A DNA stretch of 64,000 bases from Biomphalaria pfeifferi (lineage: Eukaryota). The stretch covers positions 237,331 through 301,330 of the forward strand of contig JASAOG010000079.1 in NCBI GenBank assembly GCA_030265305.1. The letters are read 5' to 3'. The position numbers and the translations under genes were made by a program. Position 1 is the stretch's first letter; each line of letters starts with the position of its first letter. The notes beneath the pieces are model-generated. The model was given only the letters and a program-made list of their open reading frames with translations, was not told the DNA's origin and did not search any database. Positions 51,780 to 63,545 of this stretch are shown piece after piece.

Positions 51780-52800
51780 TACAGATGAATCTCTATCTTA
51801 AATGTAACTTATTAAGTAGTTATAAGACCCTTACTAAGCTTATTACTAAGAGACTTGACAAGAATGAAGAAATCTTAGGTGACTACTAATGTGGTTTCAA
51901 GCCTAATAGATCCACTAGTGATCACATTTTCACCCTAAAATGTATACTAGAAAAATGCTATGAATATAGTATACCAGTACACCACCTCTATGTAGACTAT
52001 AAAATGACACAGACAACATAAAAAGGAAATATCTCTATGAGAAACAAAAGGATTGTGGAATACCCAATAAACTGTTAAACATATGACATTAAACAACTCA
52101 AAAAGTAGTCATAATACAGGAAGAACTTTCATGAGAATTTATTAATTAAATGAGGATTAAGGCAAGGAGACTAACTTTGATGCACTCACTTAATCTGACT
52201 CCAGAGAAAGTAATAAGGAATATACATATAAGCACAGGAGGAACAACTACTAATACTTCAGAAGAGAAAACAGGTCTGCAACCAAAAGGAACGATATACA
52301 GCCAATCTCTACAATATCTCTACTTATACAGATGACATTGCCTTATTGAGTAAAGACATATCTGATCTTACTAGAGCTTTCACACAATAGGAAGAAGCAT
52401 ATCAACCAGCTGGACTTGAGATAAATGAGAGGAAAACCAAGTATATGATATAATGACAAGAGCCGATCAGGCAGAACAATATATTAAAAATTACTGACCA
52501 CAAGTTTGAAAGAATACTTAGTAAATACAATACATTCTAAAAATGACCTTGTGACAGAAATAAAGGAATGACTAGCAGCAGGCGACAGGGTATTCTAAAG
52601 TAACCAGCACATACTTAAAAGTAAATGTATATCAAGGAAAACAAAGAAAACTATTTACAAAAGCATCATAAAACCAGTGAAACCTGGACAAAAACAACAG
52701 AAAATCAGCTAAGTACTTTGGAAAAGAAAATTTTTTTAGAAAAAATGCTACACAAGATGAAACTGGATGGACATCATGTACCAGTCAGGAGATATACCTA
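51780..52800 (+). mobile_element. Fragment of a different non-LTR retrotransposon (RT C-terminal region, frameshifted)
   Basis: Frameshifted translation shows '...YADDIALLS...AFHTIG...INERKTKYM...KCISRKTKKTIYKSIIKPV...'. Abuts a family-A SINE at 52805. Confidence 0.6.
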
Positions 52801-52804
52801 TTAC

Positions 52805-53045
52805 CAGGTGGGAAGTGTGGTCGAGTGGCTAAGTACGCTTAAACTTGGCTTAGCTTGCCTACCTATTAAGAGGGCTCGAGGTTCGACACCCGACTCAAGC
52901 AGAGTTGTGTTTACTGAGTGCCCAAAGGCAGCACGGAAAACCTTCTCAAGTTACTCCCTCCCCCCACTGGTCCACAAATGAGATTGGACCATAGCGCTCT
53001 GAGCATGCTATATAAGCATGAAAGTAGCGCTGTATAAAAGCTATA
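52805..53045 (+). mobile_element. SINE family A copy (full length)
   Basis: ORF 52625..52981 is partly a spurious translation of it. Confidence 0.85.
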
Positions 53046-53599
53046 ATTATTATTATATGAAGACGGAAAAAAAAATTATGTCACAAACAACCATCCATCA
53101 TGTGTATTGTAGCAAATTCACTTGTTTTTCTTTATATTCCTTTGCTTTGAAGTCAGCCTAATATCATAACAAGATAACTTGGTCTACATTCTTTTTAATC
53201 TTTATTAGTCAGGAGTAAATTCAATATGGCAAATCAATAATTTTATAACTTGTTCCTGTTACACTCTCTTATTTATGCTTATTTACACATTTACTTGTTA
53301 TTTCTTGGTCACAAGATAAATAGACATATTATAAATAGATAGTAACAAAATTACTGAATGCTTTACCTTGATTGTGAGCAATAAGTCACTATAATGTGGT
53401 GAACAATGTTATGATTTTGATGGTTCTAGTACAAATTGAGCAATGGGACATATTAAGAAATGAAAGTTTGATGTAGTATAATTTATAAAAGTGCATTATA
53501 TTGTTATAATTATTGCTAATAGCAAAGTGATGAATTTAAATTTGGATTTTTTATTTGTACATATGTTCTTGATTTTCTAATGTGAGGAGTATCTGTTTG

Positions 53600-53772
53600 T
53601 TTGTTTTACATGTTTTGGATGTTCCTTCAGAGTTGAAGATAGTTTACTTCCTAGTCCAAACCATTCGCATGATGACGGGGGATGGGAACGGGCAGGGTTT
53701 GAACCCGAGACCATCGATAAATCTGAACAACAGTCCAGAGCGCAAACCGCATGACCAGGCAGTCATCTTATC
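53600..53772 (-). mobile_element. SINE family B copy (inverted)
   Basis: Reverse complement matches family B. ORF 53582..53782 is spurious. Confidence 0.85.
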
Positions 53773-56501
53773 TTATTTATAATAATTAAAAAAATATTTA
53801 CTACAAGAGAAGACTGTAAAGTAATTCCACTATTTTATATTGTCATCCTCTATACTGTCTAAAAACCAGTCAAACAATAAGCTATTGTGCCTCTAATTGC
53901 TGTCATCCTGCAACAGTCTAATTGAATCATTTGTCAATGCTAACTTGTTTTAAAAATCATCCCTCACTACATTAAAAACCAATCTCATTTCAATCCAAAT
54001 TTTTTTTGGCCTTCACAATTTTCTCTTATTAGGTATATAAGACACCTGGTTGCTTTGTGAAAAAAGTTTCTTTATAAAGTTAGTTGTTTTTTTTCATGAG
54101 TTTATTTATAATGTCACATACTTGTAATTAAAGGATAAATATTTAAAATGTTAACTTGTTTCTATTAAGTATGGTGACTTGTTTGAATTTTTCTTTAAAT
54201 GGCCAGTAATTTTTAACTTTTTCTTTGTATGTTTCTTTCTTTCAAAGTATGGATGTTCGTTTAAAAAAAAAAAAGATTGTTGGATAATACTGCCTCATTC
54301 TCAAAAAAGATGAATACAAAAATGTTACTGTTTAAAACTATGTTATATTCTATCCAGTGAGACCATGTTTTAAGAATGAGAAACATAACAAGAACTTACA
54401 TGTATGATATATTAAAACCTGGTAATGTGAAGGCAGCATCACTATAAAAGTGAATAAACACATACTGGCTTGACATTTTAAACTTTAATTCAGGATTTGA
54501 CTTTATCTCACCACTGAAAGAAAGAAATCAGTTGATATGTTTTGGAAACCAAATATAATTAATAATTTGTTTATGAATAAGTTAAAAAATTACACTATAA
54601 AAATCATTTATAAATTTCAAATTAAACTTTTATAGTTTGGAACATATTTGAAAGATAAAATACTGTTAATTACTAATAGTTGAAGGTTCAACAGGATCTT
54701 ATATTGTCTACAATGAAATTTATAACCAATTACCTTAATATAACATTGGCTTTTTAGTAGGAAATTTAGTAGAGTAACTATTAAACAATAGTTTCATAAA
54801 AAAAATATATATAAATATATTTATTTATTTGAAGATTATTATATCCCTACCCAAACCTGATGCAGGAACACAGGGGATGGTGGTGGGCGGGGTTTGAACC
54901 CGGTTTCTTTAAATAAATGTATAGAATGGGTCTTACCCATTTAATTCAACAAATTCTGTCATCTTGAATCTTTACAGCTGATTGTCAACAGGCTATTTCA
55001 GGAAGTCATAAATTGTGCACCCTAATAAAACTCACCTCTATTTAAAAGAACACACCAACAGGCATGATTTATGTTGTCACCAGAGTCAATCCCTCTAGAT
55101 GACATTAGTTTTATTATTTAAATATCCATATTTTTTTAACTTTTGTGTCTGAACAAATTTTTGCCAATAGGGTAGAGTTATTATTTGCCAATAGTTAGAA
55201 GTATTATTATTTATTTGTTGCTATTGTATGGAAATCTCTAAACATAAATATGAGACCCTGTCTCAATGTACCGAGGCTGCAAATATCTTTTTTCTTTCCT
55301 TATAGCTGTTATTTTCTTTCTATTTTATAATGCAACTGTTCGTAGCACAACTATCCTCAATGGTATTAGCCCATTTATGCTGACTGATCCATTATTGACA
55401 CACCAACCCCAAGGTAGTTATTTATACCTTACTGCAAGGCCACTACGGGAATGGGATTTTTGTTTATTCATGTAAGCAAGCGTTCTTGGGATACTGATAC
55501 CCCTTATCATGCTGTGCACGGTTTGTCACAGCATTCCAGAGATTGGTGCCCTGTGGCTTCCTAAAAAAAATAATGAAATTTTCTGTGTATCTAAAGGCAA
55601 AGGAAATATAAATTTCCTGAATTATGTCATGTACTAACTATTTCTTTTCCAATTATTTATATGTAATAGTGATGCTGTCATGCCGTAAAAAGAACCTAAA
55701 TAAGTTATCATCATTGTATTAGTTATAAGCTTCTAATTTTGCATGTTCCATTTTTGGAACACTAGGCAAATCCAGTACCAGTATTACTAATAACAGCTAT
55801 TTCATTTAAACCTATAGAATCTCTCTAAAATCTCTGTCTACACCTCCCATGAAATGATTGTAGACTCTGATTATGTTTTCATCAGCTTTGTCTACACCTC
55901 ATATGAAGCACTAGTACAAATTTTTCCACCTAGAATAGAAAGCTACAGTAATTCTTTAACATGACTTGTTTGTCAAGAATTCTCACATACTTTTGCATGT
56001 GTTTGTTTTTGTTGTTTATATTATAGAAAAATCATTTTTCCATTTGTATAGATCAATCTAATTATCATGCACACAACTATATTTTATAATAAATTATACA
56101 AATAAATTGTAAAAACATAGTCCTTTAAATGTCTAAAAACATGACTTGTTTATTTCACTCATACTAAAATTTATTTAAAGACAGTTTGATCATTAATGTT
56201 ATTTGTCTTTAAAATACAAAACAAATAACATCAATAAAACATTAAAATGTTAAACTAGTAAAATTTGAAAGTTTGCTTTTTTTCACCAGTTGAAACTGGA
56301 ACACTTATTTAATGTCAAATTAAGCTTCAATGTCATCATAATATAAATGTAATTTTTTAAATGACTGTATCTTATCTTATATTATGCAGATGTTACTTCA
56401 AAAAAGAAGATGATTACATATAATTTATTTTTTTCATAGTGTTTTTATTTATTTATGAGTCATGTATTTACTTAAGTGCTTATGTAGTGACTCATTGTTA
56501 C

Positions 56502-56714
56502 CTGTATGCTGCTACTAAAGGAGAAAATGATGAATCTCCATCATGTATGTACAAGTGATCCCAAATACATTCTGTTATAAACTCATTCAATTTAAAATGC
56601 ACTCTAGAATGTTCTTTTTCTGCTTTCAGAAGCCAACTGCAAGTTGACTCTTGAGAATAGTTTCCAGAACCATCATAGAGAACACCTTGGACCCTAAACT
56701 TGCCATCTCTTGAG
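56502..56714 (-). CDS. ATRN: ATRN-like exon 2: CUB domain N-terminal half (SSRDGKFRVQGVLYDGSGNYSQESTCSWLLKAEKEHSRVHFKLNEFITECIWDHLYIHDGDSSFSPLVAAYS)
   Basis: Acceptor cttttag|C, donor TACAG|GTAACA. Phase is continuous with exon 1. Matches human 'GPGNYKYKTKCTWLIEG...FNHFATECSWDHLYVYDGDSIYAPLVAAFSG'. Confidence 0.85.
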
Positions 56715-57099
56715 CTAAAAGAAATGATAAAAAGTTATGGTTTGGGATTCTGTGGAGTACTTTAAATAATGTTAAATTTAAAAGAAAATATAATTATATA
56801 TATACTAGGTCACAGTTTAGATTAAAAGACATTTTAATTAAACATTTTTTTCCCAAGCACCCTTACACTGAACAGATTGTAGAGCTATAGCAACAAAATG
56901 AAAGACTTGGAATATTTATAAATATACAGTTTAAGTCTTATATTTATATAGAAATATAATATATGTATATAACATATATTAATTATTATATAACATCTAA
57001 AATTTAGAAGTTATTTATATATTCTATTAAAATTTTTATATTATATTATTATTATTAGAATAGATCTAGAATAGAATCTTAGTATTAGTTATTGCCTAA

Positions 57100-57228
57100 C
57101 TTTTAACTACTAAAAATTAATAATTTAATATTATAAGTTAAAATATATGAAAAGTAATAATTTTTTCGAAGAGGTGTCGGTATGCCGAACCGGTGCTTAC
57201 CGGCACAAAAAAAGCCCTGTGTATATAC
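57100..57228. mobile_element. MITE, same family (inverted, partial), 0.6 kb downstream of attractin exon 1 in intron 1
   Basis: The reverse complement aligns to 59250-59345 (…gtgccggtaagcaccggttcggcataccgacacc…aaaagttaggcaat). Confidence 0.6.
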
Positions 57229-57801
57229 ATATATATTGTTACTTGTAATAAAAAAAAAACACAAGAAAACGTGCACAGGCATCTGTGTCTTGCAGCTGTC
57301 AATTCTTTTTTTTTTAAGTTGCATTGAAAAAAAAACAACTTCTTTGGTCACTACCAGATCGGCCCATTTGGTGCCGGCCCACCTGGCATTTGCCCATATA
57401 GTTATAGCCAGTCCGCCCCTGTATTAGTATAGGAATATAAATATAGAGTCTAGCAACTAGCAGGAGTCTAGTATAGACTCAAGACTAGTCAAGACAATTA
57501 AAGACTGACTAAACTCACTAACCCTAAACTCGCTTTAAACTAGAAGTAGTCAGTTACACTAAAGTTACAGACAGTAGAGGTAGTTAGGTAGAAGACTTTA
57601 AGTTTAAGAAAAAAAAAAGCCTCTTTGACTCTATAACTAAACTATAACTCTAAGTCTAGTTTCTCTAGTCTAGATCTTTCTAAAATCTAAGTCTGGTTAC
57701 ACTAATTACAGTGACAGTGTAAGTGATCATCATCATGATAGTTTACATTTACAAGTAACGCTAACACGGTGTATTGACGGTATTTAGATCTAGTAATTTA
57801 C

Positions 57802-58037
57802 CTGACTTTTCCTTTGCATTTGTTACACAACTCTCCATCCCATCCTGGATCACAAAAGCATTTACTCTTATTACAAATACCTTGTTCACAATTTACACAG
57901 CTGGATGACTGAGAATTAACAAATTCCAGGAATATTGATACAAATATTATCCCTACAATAATGTGTGAGAAATATAATACATCCAAAGTCCTTTTGCACT
58001 TTCGTCTATTATTTGGTAAACATATTGAGGCAGCCAT
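57802..58037 (-). CDS. ATRN: ATRN-like exon 1: start codon, signal/anchor and first EGF (MAASICLPNNRRKCKRTLDVLYFSHIIVGIIFVSIFLEFVNSQSSSCVNCEQGICNKSKCFCDPGWDGELCNKCKGKV)
   Basis: ORF track 57798..58037 on the minus strand. Hydrophobic stretch followed by a 6-Cys EGF. Donor AAAGTCAG|GTAAAT, phase 2. Matches human 'CDRPCVNGGRCNPGTGQCVCPAGWVGEQCQHCGGRF'. Confidence 0.8.
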
Positions 58038-59214
58038 TTTGAAATAAAATTAGGAAAGTTAAATTTAGTAGTTACTAGGTTTTTAGTTATCCTAGTTTCT
58101 CTAACAAATCTAGACTAGACTAGATCTAGATTTAAATAGACTGATAGATTTAGACCAAGACTAAACTCGAGTTGAGACAGAATTTTACTGTACGCTATCT
58201 AGTGTATAAACAGAGATTCTAGATTCTATGTGTATTTTAGACCTAGAAACTAGATCTATATTAATATATCATGATATTTTTTTACTTGCAGCAACATAGT
58301 TCATTAGATAAGAAGATTTACTACAAACATTCACCGTTCATTTCCCACAGCTGTCGAGTCAAGACTTGGGATTTCTCCTCATATCTTGGGATTTGGGTGT
58401 TGCACAATTGAGATCTTGGAACCGCGAATCAGTAAAATCCAATAACCATTATAATAAATTATATGATAAAAAACTCATCAAAATTGTATTTACAACAATA
58501 ACCGCCATATAATAATAAAAATATGGCTTGTCTTTTATCTCATACTTGATAGTCTACAATAAATAGCCTATAGAGACATTTCTGAAATTTTATACAAAAT
58601 AAGGTGCGTTAAAAATATGAGACGGCGAAGATCTTCAGAAATCAATCATTAAATGATTACTACGGAAAAGGATATAAATGGTAAGGAACATATAATGAAG
58701 AATTAAGATAAATAGAAATATATTTGAAAACTGAAATGGGTACCTTTGAACATTATGTAGTGCGAATGTCAGTGCGGAGAACGGTCATTTTGTAAAATTA
58801 AATTGTTTAAAGTTATCCAAAATTAACAATCTCACTACTAGCGTAAGCATTAATTGAAAGCAAGGTCGAAGAAGTGTTCAATTTTTGTTGTTGTTGTTTT
58901 ATTTAAAATTATTAAATAATAGTGTAGTTTCGCTAACCCATAGTGAAAATGTGAATTTTGATTAGACATTTGCATAACTATTTTATCTAATAATTGAACA
59001 TTATTAAACGTTCAAAGTTTTTGCTAGATCTATTACCTAATTTCCTAACATCGAACCAAACTCGAACTTTAGATCTGAATGAACCGAATCGTCATCGAAT
59101 CGAACCGGAACTTAAGTCTGACCAATCTCTAATTTTTTTTCTGCTTTCATTTTTTTAAACCATATGCCGAGGAAGTCTTGTCAATGCATGACTCTACTGT
59201 CGACCTACGCCCAT

Positions 59215-59412
59215 GGCTTTTTTTTTTGTGACGGTACGCACCGGTACGGCGTACCGGCACCTTTTTGAAAAAATATTACTTTTCTTTTTTAGTTTAACGT
59301 ATATTATTAATTTTTAGTTGTTAAAAGTTAGGCAATCAACTACTGAGTACCGGCACCTTATCAATGAGTACCGCACCTCGGGCGGCGGTTTACAAAAAAA
59401 AAAAAAAAGCAC
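59215..59412. mobile_element. MITE, same family
   Basis: 'ttttttttgtgacggtacgcaccggtacggcgtaccggcacc...gagtaccggcaccttatcaatgagtaccgcacc...aaaaaaaaaaaaaagcactgcc'. Confidence 0.65.
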
Positions 59413-59449
59413 TGCCTACGACTATTATTCGACTAGTGAGGCGACTGGC

Positions 59450-61500
59450 TTGTTACTAGTATTTATTATTAAAGATACTGGACGAACATAGATTTAATTG
59501 ATAACACTGCTAATAGGCCTACACATGAGCTTTACTACAAAAACTTTATTGTTATAGTTAAAAAAATCACTCAAACATCATATAACTTCAATATTATACT
59601 TCTGGCCTTACTTGATCTAATTGGACTTAAACTGGGACTAATTCAGAATTCCACCCTAATTACCCCTACCTGACCTACCCTTGCTCTCTCCCCTCCCCTG
59701 TCAGTCTCTAGTGTTTGGGCAAATAGTTGTCTCCCCGCAGTTGTCCCTCTTGTGCAGATGTGACTTCTGCTACTTGTGATGTTTCTAAATGCTAACAATG
59801 GCAGTAACACACATCACAAAGTCAGCTAGCTCTATAATACGCGGCTCTACGCCTGTTTCTGCTTCACTAGGACTACTGGAGCTGAGTACGAGGATGTAGA
59901 CGTCGTAATACTCCCCATTTCTAATAATGTGTCAATTTTTAAAAATATCCCTTCATGATGTAGGAAAACTGGATAAATCTTGGCTCTTGTGGGCTTTGTA
60001 TCAGTAAGTTGAATAGTCTGTGTTATAGCGGTCATCTACCTGGTCGGTCTGTAAATATTGGTGCCCATTGTACCAGCAATTTATCGATCTCTTGTCGAAC
60101 TGGATATTGAAGATGTGATGTGTCGATATCTTTCACAGTTTCACCGCTTTCAATAACTGGGCATGGCATTTCCTCTGTTTCATCTCTTGTTTCTGTCACC
60201 CAGACTCTTTATTATCGTGTGTGTCTTGCTTAGCATTAAGATGAATTTCTTTTACATAGATACCTTCTTCGCCTATCTTGATTAAATCACGTATTGTTGA
60301 GGCTTCACTATTTATAATTTTTCTTAGATTTGGATCATTCATCTGTTCATTGATAAATATTTGTTTTAATTTGACTTTCAGTGAAGTTTTCATTCGTCAC
60401 TTTTATTGATTATCATTCATTATTTCGTTATTTTCTGTTTCTGTATCTTCATTTTCATCGTTTGAACGAGTTTGTGTCTTATCTTATGTATCCATCTTCT
60501 GGTTTGTTTGTAAATTTTGTACTTGTTCTGCTTTCGTCTGTTGTAATTATAAAACATTTATCGGTGCAGTTTGCTTTCCACTTGTTTAAATCATCTTCTG
60601 TGCACAGTTTAGCACTCTTGATACAGCCAATGTTGTCTGTTTTATTATCTAGTACTTAAGCATCGTGCCAACCACTGATGCATGGCGTGTGTATGTTGAC
60701 ATGAGCGACCAAATGTGTTGTTACTTGGCCAGTATAACTAACACATTCTTATCTTCTTCCAGTGTATTCTTGTAGTTTGACAAATTCTTTTGCAACTAAA
60801 ATTGCGGTTGCGCCTGTGTCGTATAGCACGTTTGTCATCTGTTCTCACACGAAGCCTGGATAGATTTGCGGTGTATTGGTGTGTTTAGCAGCCAAGGCTC
60901 GATCTCTCGGTTTGTTGTTCCAACTTTTACTGCGTCGATTGTGGAAGCAAGTCTCGGTAGTGTGGTTTGTTCTTCCAAAGATTTGACACTGCAAGTGAAC
61001 TTTCTGTCGGTTCATCCTGTATTCTTTGTCTTTGTAAATGTTTGTTGGCTCTTTTCTCTATCTTTCTCTATTCTATATCAAGGGGGTTGCACTTTGCATT
61101 CTGGGATTGTTGCTAGCCATAAAAGCTGATGCAATATCCGTATTGTCTTGTTCATACTTCATTGGGGTGAGCAGCTTTATACTGTCGCAACGGCGATATC
61201 AAGTGGTTGATGGTCTTTGGTTCTCGTTCCGTGACGTATGTTCTAACATTGTTGTTAAATGCTTCTAACACTGCGTCCATGATGATGTGTTCTCTCAGAT
61301 TTTGTTGTGGTGCTCAACTTTTGACAGATCCACCCATTGGTTGAAGAACATTGACATGTTGGTGACGAATAGGTATTGTGGATCGTCATTCGGCAATGGC
61401 GTTGTTTATTTCCGCTTCTTTCTGTATTCATGGTTTGTGGAGCCAAATTGTATCAGCAAGGCTTCTTTCACAGCGGCATAGTCTTTCCTTTCGTCTTCTC
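59450..61500 (-). mobile_element. Degraded LTR-retrotransposon (Ty3/gypsy- or BEL-like) pol fragment: aspartic protease plus RT N-terminus
   Basis: Minus-strand translation at about 60700-60860 gives 'LYDTGATAILVAKEFV' (DTGA protease active site). ORF 59847..60035 gives 'LLEMGSITTSTSSYSAPVVLVKQK' (RT entry motif). Plus-strand ORFs in 60381..61841 are antisense. Confidence 0.6.
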
Positions 61501-61699
61501 ATAGTTCATAGCTCTTCCTTTAAGACGCCCCATAAGGCTTCTTGTCCAGTCTGTTTGTGGCAGGTAGCAGGCTCTTGCAAGGTCTTCAAATCTTAGTCGA
61601 TTCACTCTTTATTGTTTTCATCATATTTTGACATCTTGTCCATTTGTTTGTATCTGTCAAATTTTCTGATTTTGCTGTTATTTCTGTGTTGTTTGTTTC

Positions 61700-62660
61700 A
61701 CTTTTAATTCTAGCTCCAAGATTTCTTTCTTTTTATTATCTTCTTGTCTTCTCCTTTCAGAAAGCATTGAAGTTGGTAAACGATATCGCACTGATGCAAG
61801 TGTATTCAACGCTCAGAGACTCAAGTCAAGGACCAAGGTAAACTATGACTGCATCAGAGACCTGCTATTCGCAGATGAATGTGCCCTAAATGCCTCAAAC
61901 GAAGAAGACATTTAAAAGAGCATGCCAACGCCTGCACAAAATTTGGCCTCACTATAAATGTAAAAAAGACAGAAGTGCTGCACCAACCACCTCCAAATAA
62001 ATCTGTCACAGAACCAGACATTCTAAAAAAGTTTGTCTATCTGGGAAGCACTATATCAGCAAACGCTAACCTAGAAGATTAGGTAGACTTCAGTATTGCG
62101 CGTACCAGTGCTGCTGTTGGCAGACTTCAAGAACAAGTGTGGCAACGAAGAGAACTCAGCATATCCACAAAACTGAAAGTCTACAGTGCTGTAATTCTCC
62201 CGTCTTTCTTATATGCATCCTGAGTCCTGGACCCTATACTCCCGTCACATTAAAAAGTTAAATCCTTCCATACACGCAGTCCATAAGGTGCGTTGGTCTG
62301 ACCATATACCAGACACAGAAATCTTAGAGGTGTCCAACATGAACAGTATCAATGCGACAGTGAAAAGGTCCCAACTTCCATGGGCGGGACATGTCTGCAT
62401 GCCGGACAATCGCCTTCCCAAACGACTTCTACAGCTGAGAAGCACTAGCTCTTGATCGCTCCTCAATGCGTGAAGATTTGAAACAAGAAGAGTGGCAAGG
62501 GTGAAAGAGCACTGAACCAACAAAAAGCTGAGGGATGAAGCAGGTCTATCTGCAGCTGACCAAATCTACCCATGTCACGTATGCGGCAGTCATCTTCGAG
62601 TCCATAGGAAATGAGAAATGTGCTCATCTTCGTTCACGAAGGAGGAGCTATAGATATATA
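61700..62660 (+). mobile_element. CR1-like LINE 3' portion, degraded
   Basis: ORFs 61879..62082 and 62213..62455 (KLNPSIHAVHKVRWSDHIPDTEILEVSNMNSINATVKRSQLPWAGHVCMPDNRLPKRLL). Terminal 'YPCHVCGSHLRVH' zinc finger. Confidence 0.75.
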
Positions 62661-63424
62661 CTTTGTAGCAGTTTCAATATATTCGTAAGCTAAGGCCAAA
62701 GTCGCCGCACTAGCTCTAGTTAGCCGTAACAAAAAGTCGGGAATTAAATACCCTTGTTGCTCCACCCGTACCATTTCACATGTTCAAACACACCACGTAG
62801 ACACTTTGATTGCCTTGCGTCTCAGTCACGCACCCGTATCGTATCAACAAACATTCTTCTCTCATCCAGACATTGACACATGCGCCCTCTCCAGTCCTCA
62901 CAATAACAATAAAACAAAAACATGCATAATCTTCTCTTATACTGCACTTTTACTTCGCTTACAAATTATTATTATTAAAAATCTTAAGTTCGATTTTAAT
63001 GAAACGCTGTACCAACAATTTGTTCCTCATATAGAGCTCATACTACGGAAATAAGATTTAGGCCTACATCTATTGGTTATTTTGCTTGGACAGAAATATA
63101 TAATATAAGAAAAACAAATATACATTAATTTTTTAACCCTTAAGGCGCGTGTGGTAGTTAGCCTCCATTGTTTATGCATTCATTGTAAAACAGCTCAGCA
63201 CTTTAAGGGTTAAGCAAATTAATGTAATAATTTGAAACATTTAAATTCTTATTGTCAACAATTTTCCCTTACAAGAGCCAGTTTGAGCCCCTATCGGTCG
63301 TGGGTCCGGGCTCAATGAACCCCTATTCGTTCTATGGTTGATACGGCACTGTATATATATATACAGATATTCGCATATATGCCTATTTATAAAATACAAT
63401 AATGAGCTAACAGCGTGTAGATAT

Positions 63425-63545
63425 GATCGGCCAGGCAAACCAATGACTGGGCAGAATGTAAGTCAATGATTAACATGCATGACTAGATTGACAGAGACAC
63501 GCGTTGGACGTAATCACGTAGGCTATATAATCATCTATGTTAGCG
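63425..63545 (+). mobile_element. Divergent LINE 3' tail remnant
   Basis: Carries 'gactgggcagaatgtaagtcaatgattaacatgcatgactagattgacagagacacgcgttggacgtaatcac'. Confidence 0.55.

Larger units (their letters stand above)
23324..58037 (-). other. ATRN: Attractin-like gene locus (ATRN/ATRNL1/MEGF8 family), 27 or more coding exons, huge TE-filled introns
   Basis: Ordered exons on the minus strand translate to EGF, CUB, EGF, kelch x6, PSI x4, laminin-EGF, TM and a MASRPF tail. The order is collinear with human attractin as I recall it. Splice phases are consistent across all reconstructed junctions. Confidence 0.85.

Noticed and set aside
52805-52880. Possible genuine tRNA gene (tRNA-like heads with A/B boxes at 52805, 11268, 868, etc.)
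   Set aside because: Each is the head of a multi-copy SINE with a long non-tRNA body. No clean cloverleaf, CCA context or terminator was found.
60381-61841. Series of plus-strand ORFs (60381..60659, 60866..61129, 61038..61268, 61287..61481, 61378..61596, 61644..61841)
   Set aside because: Low-complexity, Cys/Phe/Leu-rich antisense frames of the LTR-retrotransposon pol remnant. The minus-strand DTGA protease explains the region.
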